Shown in pieces: positions 55,446 through 64,000 of a stretch of 64,000 nucleotides of DNA. The position numbers and the translations under genes were made by a program. Within the stretch, counting starts at the first letter, position 1; each line of letters opens with the position of its first letter. Under the pieces are notes generated by a model. The model had not been told where the DNA came from. It saw nothing but the letters and a program-made list of their open reading frames with translations, and did not search any database. The stretch lies in contig OX597819.1 of assembly GCA_951406725.2 (NCBI GenBank), positions 119,846,001-119,910,000 on the forward strand, in the 5' to 3' direction. Source of the stretch: Octopus vulgaris (lineage: Eukaryota).

Positions 55446-56334
55446 GAGAGAGTAGCCTACAATTTGTGAATATATAGACGATACGGTCCTACTGATGCAG
55501 TCCTTGCCATAAAGGAGTGACTTCAACTGCAGCATTTGAAGAAACCCCAAAGGCCAATGGCAATTTAACCGTTAATGTCACATATCGTCACATAATTGTT
55601 CGTCTCCAATCTGTAGGAACATGCGCGGAGAAATTCGATTTACACTAACCACTGCTTGTGAAGTCTCCCAGTTTTTCAATAATATACATATGGAGACTAC
55701 TTATCTCGCCTTTATCACTTTCCTTCCAACGTAGAGCTTGAACAAGAATTGGTAATTTCTTTAACGAAAATTACGCTGCCTGTTCTAGATTATTATTTCT
55801 ACCACGTCCACCACTTACTTTTGTGTTTTTATTTCGCCCATAGACACTAAACTAATTAAAGCGACAGAATCAGTTGTCCTCAAGGAAGCTAGTAATTTAA
55901 TTTTCATAATGTAATAGATTTATTACCGCTTTGAATATAAAAACAAGTTTGACATAATTCCAGGTATCTGTAATGCTCAGATTCAAATCCGTCCAGCAAG
56001 GATCGGGCTCTTTTGTCCATCTTAAATGCTGAAGTTGAGGATACAAAAACGGGAAAATAAACAAAGGAAGAATCCTTCAAATAATTACAAGTCCATGAAC
56101 TTATTATCTCATAGCTTTAACATGGTTCACGTACTTCCGGTTCATCGCAATCTTCCTCCGTCATATCTTAAATATTATCCAGCTGCATATCGCAAATCTC
56201 ACCTTATTCATCACGTTAACATTGATAAGGTCACAAGACATGCAAAAATACATAAGGAAACATACACATAAAATCACACGAATATATAAGTGCGTGCGTG
56301 AATATGTGTGTCTGTAAGCATGTGTGTGTATATA

Positions 56335-56417
<83 letters not shown>

Positions 56418-56423
56418 TGTATG

Positions 56424-56466
<43 letters not shown>

Positions 56467-56487
56467 GATAAATAAATAAAAAATATA

Positions 56488-56732
56488 TGCGCCCTTTTAT
56501 AGCGTAGCCAGTCTCATGGGCCCGGTTCCCCGGTTTCTATGGCGTATGTATTCCCCAGCTGGACGGGATGCCAGTCCATTGCAGCATTACTCATATTTGC
56601 CAGCTGAGTGGACTGGAGCAACGTGAAATGAAGTGTTTTGCTCAAGAAGACAACGCGTCGCCCGGTCCAGGTATCCAAACCGCAATCTTACGATCATGAT
56701 GCCGACACCCTACCCACTAAGCCACGCGCCTC
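56488..56732 (-). mobile_element. CORE-type SINE carrying tail X
   Basis: Core as at 27758; tail as at 21368. Confidence 0.88.
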
Positions 56733-56766
56733 CACACACACAGACACGCACACACACACACACATA

Positions 56767-56807
<41 letters not shown>

Positions 56808-57546
56808 ATATATATATATATATATATTAAAGTGACACTCTTTATTACAAAATACAGCCCCTTTTGAATGCGTCCACGACAAACGACATATCTACCACGG
56901 CCTTAAAATAACACAAACCCACACACAAATATTAAAAATGATACACTCAAGAGATTCCCAAGAATTCATTAAAAAACAGTACTAATCACTGCTATAATCC
57001 ATAACGATCAAATGTTAAGTCATTTGAACATTTAACACCTTACTACTTTAACACTACCTACATTCCTTCTTATTCTCCCTTCTCTTTCTTCTTCTTTTTC
57101 TTCTTCTTTCTCTCCTTCCTTCTCCTTCCTAACTTTATCATTATTGCTGTTTAAAATAACACCTACGCAAATTTTATAAACAAAGCATTGAAAAGAAATA
57201 TATTCATGAATTCAGCATTAACTGCTACCATCCACTGCGGGTCATTTTCGGAACAACAACATCGAACCCACAAGAGTAAACAAGAGAGACAGAGACCGGC
57301 AGAAACAAGGAAAATGCCACTTGTATTTGAACACTATAAAAATATTCTTTCAAAAAAGATTTTCTTTTAATTTTTCTAAATTTAATTGTTTTCCATACTT
57401 ACAGTTGAAAAAGTCTCAATGACTGAAACCGGTACTGAAATGTTATTTATAAAATGATTTTAGCATTTTCTATCGTGACTTTTTTCCATATATATCAACT
57501 CGTGTGTTCCTTTTCAACCTTCTACATATATATATAAATATATATG

Positions 57547-57660
<114 letters not shown>

Positions 57661-57814
57661 TGTATGTACGTATGCATGTATTTATGTATGTGTGTATACA
57701 TGTATATACCTTAAAATATAAACAGAGTGGTAAAGAGGAAAAGAATGCGGGGGCATCCAGATAATTATTCGCAAATTTTCCTTTGCAATAGATAAATTAG
57801 AATCCAGAACGTTG

Positions 57815-58185
57815 AATGCATTTATCTTTCCTTTATATTTTCAATTAACTCATAGGAAATTGCGCAGATACAACAAAGAAAACCTCTAGGTATATCCATG
57901 TAGATAGAAATGTCACTAGAGCTAACCTCGGCAAAATGTTGATATAGTTTCAGAAAAGCATTTGGGACCAGGATATTGAATACTTGCTGAATAGAAAGAC
58001 TTTTTGTTTCATTGAGATAATTGTCTTTGTTTCTTTTTCCCTCTTGAATTCAATAAAATATTGTCAAACATTTTCACTGAAATCGATACTAATTCAAAGT
58101 GTAATATGTAGCTTTCGTTTGCAATTTCTAAGTTATAGTAAACTGTAAAATATAGTATTGGACTTTCAAAGTGCAAAAGAGTAGA
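57815..58185 (+). repeat. Old direct duplicate of 61310-61685
   Basis: Shared ggaaattgc.cagata, aaatgtca.tagag.taacctcggcaaaatg and aaatattgtcaaa blocks in the same order. Confidence 0.8.
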
Positions 58186-58257
58186 AAATGAGATGTGTGT
58201 GTGTATGTGTCAGTATGTGTGTGTGCATGCACACACAAACACATACACACACATTAG

Positions 58258-58680
58258 AGCAGCGAGCTGGCTAAATCATTAGCACGCCGGGCGAAATGCT
58301 TAGCGGTATTTCGTCTGCCACTGCGTTCTGAGTTCAAATTCCGCCGAGGTCGACTTAGCCTTTCATCATTTCGAGGTCGATTAAATAAGTACCAGTTACA
58401 CATTGGGGTCGATATAAGCGACTTAATCCGTTTGTCTGTCCTTGTTTGTCCTCTCTGTGTTTAGCCCCCTGTGGGTAGTAAAGAAATAGGTATTTCGACT
58501 GCCGCTACGTTCTGAGTTCTGAGTTCAAATTCCGCTGAAGTCGACTTTGCCTTTCATCCTTTCGGGGTCGATTAAATAAGTACCAGTTACGCACTGGAGC
58601 CGATATAATCGACTTAATCCGTCTGTCTGTCCTTGTTTGTCACCTCTATGTTTAGCCCCTTGTGGGCAATAAAGAAATAA
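58258..58680 (+). mobile_element. SINE family C dimer
   Basis: Head plus second headless unit. Confidence 0.93.
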
Positions 58681-59409
58681 CAAACAGATACACACATAAG
58701 CGCACCCACACACATACACATATATATAAACGTACATGCAGGCACCTACACACACCACCCTGGCAAACACTCACACAAACGCACACACACATGCACAGAT
58801 ACACACGCAAACACGGAAATTCAACACAACCACCCACACGCATATATACACACATATGGACAAACACACAAACACAATATACCCGTTCCCTAGTAAAATA
58901 TTACACACACGCATATACACACACACAGAAAAACGCCTATATACACACAATACAATCCCAACAATCACAACAAACACTCACAGAAACACACATACGTACA
59001 TACATACATATACAGAAGTACGCACACACACACAGAATAACACACACCACCCTGACAAATAGAAGACACATAGACACACTCACACAAACACACCTACATG
59101 TATACACGCACACTGCACAAACAAGACACAACAATACACCCAAACATATGCACTTACCACAGAGAATAATAACATACACACACGTCCTCACACGTACACA
59201 CACACACTCTTCACCACAACAAATATAGCACACACACACAAATATACACACGCACATACAGACACACACATGCACACACACACGCGCGCGCAAAAGTGTA
59301 CACATATACACGCACCATCCTGCTATATAAGACACACACATACACTGACCCATACACTCTCCACACTGAAAACTAACACCAATCAAAAAACCTACACACA
59401 TAAACACAA

Positions 59410-59508
<99 letters not shown>

Positions 59509-60069
59509 GACATGTGCACAGAGACAAACACACACACACCAATTTGAACTCTAAGACCAGTCGCAAAAATCACTGACCCATGACAGACTAGCCCCAAAGG
59601 AAAAAAATCCTTTTGATTCCGCAATGCTCTCCCCAACCAACCAATCTGTGTTTAAAAATAGCAAACGTCTTTCATATACACACTACAAGACAGAAGACGA
59701 TGGTTGGAAAGGTTGGTCATTCCCCTGAAATTCTGTATAAATACTTAAATATAATTCCTTCTGTATATATGCTTCTATACAACCATTATTTATTTTACTA
59801 CCTATTTTGAACACTTTCATGTAAACTGTTTAAAAAAAAAGTTCCCCTTAATATTTTCTTAGCATTCACTCCCATAGATTCTATTTTTTAACATTTGCTT
59901 ATCATTTTCAAAGTCTAGACTGTTTTAATACAATTATGATAACCATTTTTCAACACAACAAAGCTTACATAAAGCTTTACATTTTACATTTGATAATCTC
60001 TTTGTTTTTAAAAATGAATCCGGTCAAGTCAAACATCTTTAAAAGACCTCTCATTCCTATACATATATA

Positions 60070-60380
60070 TATTCTTTTATTCTTTTACTTGTTTCAGCAC
60101 AACCTTTTAGTCGACCAAATCGACCCCAGAACTTATTCTTTGGAAGCCTAGTACTTACTCTGTCAGTCTTTTTGACGAACCTCTAAGTTGCGGAGATGTA
60201 AACACACCAGCATCGCATGTCAAGTGATGTTAGATGGGGACAAACACACACACTCAAACACAGACACACACACATATGTATATATATACATATATACAAC
60301 TGGCTTCTTTTAAAAGGAGATGGTCACCCTGGCCCTGAAAAAGGCCAGCAATTCTTTCAGTTTCCGTCTAACAAATCAGC
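60070..60380 (-). mobile_element. SINE family A, partial
   Basis: cttttacttgtttcag tail and body fragments. Confidence 0.75.
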
Positions 60381-60489
60381 TACTTGATATACATGGAGGT
60401 ATGTCATCAGCAGATAACGAAGTTATGAAAAAAAACAGAAAATAAACCCAGGACATACCTAATACCAAAAACAAATGGCACAAAAAACC

Positions 60490-60597
60490 CAAAGAACTCA
60501 ACGCTGCAAACAAAATAGAAGCCATTAACACTCTTGCTGTACCAATCGTAGCTTACAGTTTTAACATAATCAATTGGCAAATGAGCCAAATAAAGAT
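60490..60597 (+). mobile_element. R4/Dong-like RT thumb-region scrap
   Basis: ELNAANKIEAINTLAVPIVAYSFNIINWQ. Confidence 0.7.
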
Positions 60598-60685
60598 TGC
60601 ATTGTTTAGTTAAATGGAGCCGCTTCAAGCGCTCGTACTGCATCGCTTCTTGATATACTGTTGCTCATTTCGATATATATATATG

Positions 60686-60740
<55 letters not shown>

Positions 60741-60836
60741 ATGTGTGTGTGTGTGTGTGTATTCGTATAATATATATATACGTATATATATATATATATA
60801 TATACATATATGTACATATATATATATATGTATATA

Positions 60837-60868
<32 letters not shown>

Positions 60869-61136
60869 CATACGTACATATATATTTATATATATATATA
60901 TGTATATATATACATGCATATATATGAATGTATATATATATATATACATATATATGTACGTATATATATATATATCACCGTGATCACCGTGACCGACCAG
61001 GCTATCAGATGTTGCTGCACATCGCTGGTCACAATGCGCTTCGCATTGTTTTAGACTTCAAATGACGCCACCCCGTATATGCATATATATATATATATAT
61101 ATATACATACATATATATGAATGTATATATATATAT

Positions 61137-61212
<76 letters not shown>

Positions 61213-62024
61213 AGGGGGATGCATATACCGACACAAATGCTATGGAATAAATGTGTATGTGAGTATGTTAAGATTATTATATGTAATATCTCATGCAAAG
61301 AATCAGACAAAGGAATTTATTTTCCAATATATTTTCAATCAACTTATGGGAAATTGCACAGATATAAAAAGAAGAAAAACTCTAGATGTACGTACGTATA
61401 TGTAAATGTCAGTAGAGTTAACCTCGGCAAAATGATAATATAGCAAGTTTGCCAAAGTATTTTTGACCAACAGAATATCAGCTCCATAGAAACATTTTAT
61501 TATTCGGCATCATTGCTTTTATTTGTTTATTTCCCCTTCTTGCAGTCAAAGAAATATTGTCAAAAACTTTCTTTGTTAAAGTCTCTACTAAGTATAGGAT
61601 TTATTTCGAGCTTTAGATTTCTGTGTGATTGTAAAGAATATGCTGAATTGTAAATATCAAAGAATACTTTGAGGAGCAAAAGTTCTAGACTTACTTTATT
61701 ATGAAGTGCATCGCTCTTGCAACACTTTCGCGGTCAGTGTATTCGTAACAAAATCTTGGTGCATCTGTTTCTATTGTGTTTTACTGAACAGCTATCACAG
61801 TTATGATATCCTGATATCAATACTTATGCCATATTTTTTATTCAGATTCTACTTAGGTTGTAACCTCAGGGGAATATTATACATTAATACATACACTGAT
61901 ATATATGTATGTGTATGAGTGAGAGTGAGTTTATGCATGTATGTATGTATACACATACATATATATATATATACGTACATATATATGTATCACGCATGTT
62001 CATCTATATATGTTTATGTATATG

Positions 62025-62082
<58 letters not shown>

Positions 62083-62105
62083 TAGGATATATATAACCTT
62101 GTATA

Positions 62106-62154
<49 letters not shown>

Positions 62155-62212
62155 CAAACCAAAGTATGGGGTATATATATATATATTCAGTTCATACATA
62201 AACATATATATG

Positions 62213-62292
<80 letters not shown>

Positions 62293-62299
62293 ATATAAT

Positions 62300-62650
62300 C
62301 CCTGACGAAACCGGTATGACGTTTATACTTAGCGTGCATTTTTTTACCATATATACATATATATATACACACATTAGAAACAGGTTTCAAAGAAAAAAGA
62401 CTACACGTGGTATAAATAGGAGAAAAGTAAAAAGGAACAAAGAAAATTGGCACGAGCTATAAAAGTATCGGCTTCTTTTGTATATACGAAAACAAAGATG
62501 TTTACATACAAATAAATGATTATTGGTCGAATTAAGAAAGATGAAAATCATTATCGGGAATTAATATAGAATGTCATACCGGTTTCGTCAGCGATTACGA
62601 AACCGGTATGACGTTTATACCTAGCGTGATTTTTTTTACTTTTCCGATAT
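62300..62650. mobile_element. Penelope-like direct plus inverted terminal repeat structure
   Basis: acgaaaccggtatgacgtttatac.tagcgtg at 62305 and 62597; inverted copy gtcataccggtttcgt at 62573. Confidence 0.55.
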
Positions 62651-62669
62651 ATATATATATCTGTATGTA

Positions 62670-62710
<41 letters not shown>

Positions 62711-62870
62711 CTGTGTGTAATTACAAAGTGGAGAAGAAAAAGAGAAAAAACAACAACGCAAGGACGTGACACATAGAAATTGCATACATAAGGCACTTAG
62801 AGAAGGAAAGAAAATACTTCTCCATTTCGCATCACTGTCTCTCCTTTCCTTCTCTGTCTCTTTATATATA

Positions 62871-63110
62871 CAGTGGCGGACAAAATGGGTTTTGCAGTAA
62901 ATCACTAAATCATCCATAACTTTTGTATTATCCTCTCAAATTACGCCGAAATCTCAGACAATAACAATTAATATTGTATGTTTAGTCTGTGAAAATTATA
63001 GAATTTAAAACAACTTTGATAAAAACTTATACTTACTTTTCTGACGAAAACAATGCTGTTCTGAACATTTTGGCCGCAACTGTATATATATTTAAAGAGA
63101 GAGCGGAGAG
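62871..63110. mobile_element. Possible Tc1/mariner terminus
   Basis: TA|CAGTGGCGGACAAAA end; partner TIR not found in the window. Confidence 0.35.
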
Positions 63111-64000
63111 GGAATGAGAGACGAATGAGTGAAATCAAAAATGTAACATATGACACTCAACATACTTGGTTGCAAGTAGGTATTTGATAGAAGTTTTACT
63201 CGTCTCCACATTACTTTAATCTTATTTTCTTTCAACTAACCGTTGGTCTTTGAGGTTCAATCTCAAGTGTTTCTTCCACTTATAACTTAAGAAACTAAGC
63301 TTTTTTTATTCGTTCGCCATCTAAGACGGCTGTCGATTGCTTTGTCCTATCACGCTACGTATCCAACCACCTTCTCTCTTTGTAGCCTATCTCTCACAAA
63401 AAACATATTGCAAACACTTCAACTTCTAGATCTCATCCACTACAAATCCTTCTTTAATCTATCTCATATCATTATAACATATATTATTTAAATCTGAATT
63501 GCTGCCATCCAGCGATTCATTCAACACACTATTCCTTCTGGAATCCATTGAAGACGGACGAAGTGCTAAGCGGCATTTCATCCGGCATGCTAAAACAGCA
63601 ACAATAGTAATTCATTTACGTGTAGAATTATTTTAACTCGAGAATTACACTTGAATTGTGTGAGAAAAAGTGTGTGTGTATGTGTGTGTGAGTATGTATG
63701 TGTACGCGTGTGCCTATGTGTGTGTGCGTGCGAATATAAGTGTGTGTGTGTCAGAGAAAGTGAGAGAGAGAGAGAGAGAGAGAAAGCGAAATGGAGAAGT
63801 ACTTAATTTTAGAACTGGTTGATCTTACACACATATTCTTACAAAAACCTTGTTTCTAATAGATGAGAAAAACTAATATTTCTTGAATATTCGAAATTGT
63901 ACATATTAATAACATGTTTTAAGACGCCACAATTATACTTTTCCCCCAAGGCCTTCATCACAACTTCATCTAACTAGACTTTCTCGCTCAGGGAATTCGA

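Noticed and set aside
58662-59566. 188-aa and 209-aa ORFs
   Set aside because: CA-rich cryptic simple sequence.

Overview
This is AT-rich, microsatellite-saturated eukaryotic DNA. The tRNA-derived SINE families look like those of octopus (coleoid cephalopod), which is an inference from repeat recognition only. I found no intact protein-coding gene; almost all supplied ORFs are (TA)n/(TG)n artefacts or transposon debris. The one host-gene relic is an intronless, frameshifted, 3'-truncated ING3 pseudogene (40278-41044), split by a SINE whose ends read GTAAGT...AG and whose removal restores the downstream frame. The rest is nested mobile DNA: about 30 SINE copies with swappable head/body/tail modules, and LINE fragments of the R4/Dong, RTE and CR1 groups. 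There are also non-autonomous Helitrons, MITEs, a Chapaev-like transposase scrap, and Penelope-like fragments carrying hammerhead-ribozyme motifs, several with a CCGAUGA core variant. Three large fold-back structures occur at about 2.2-5.0, 43.0-45.6 and 48.2-49.2 kb. All identities were estimated by eye; no database search was run.
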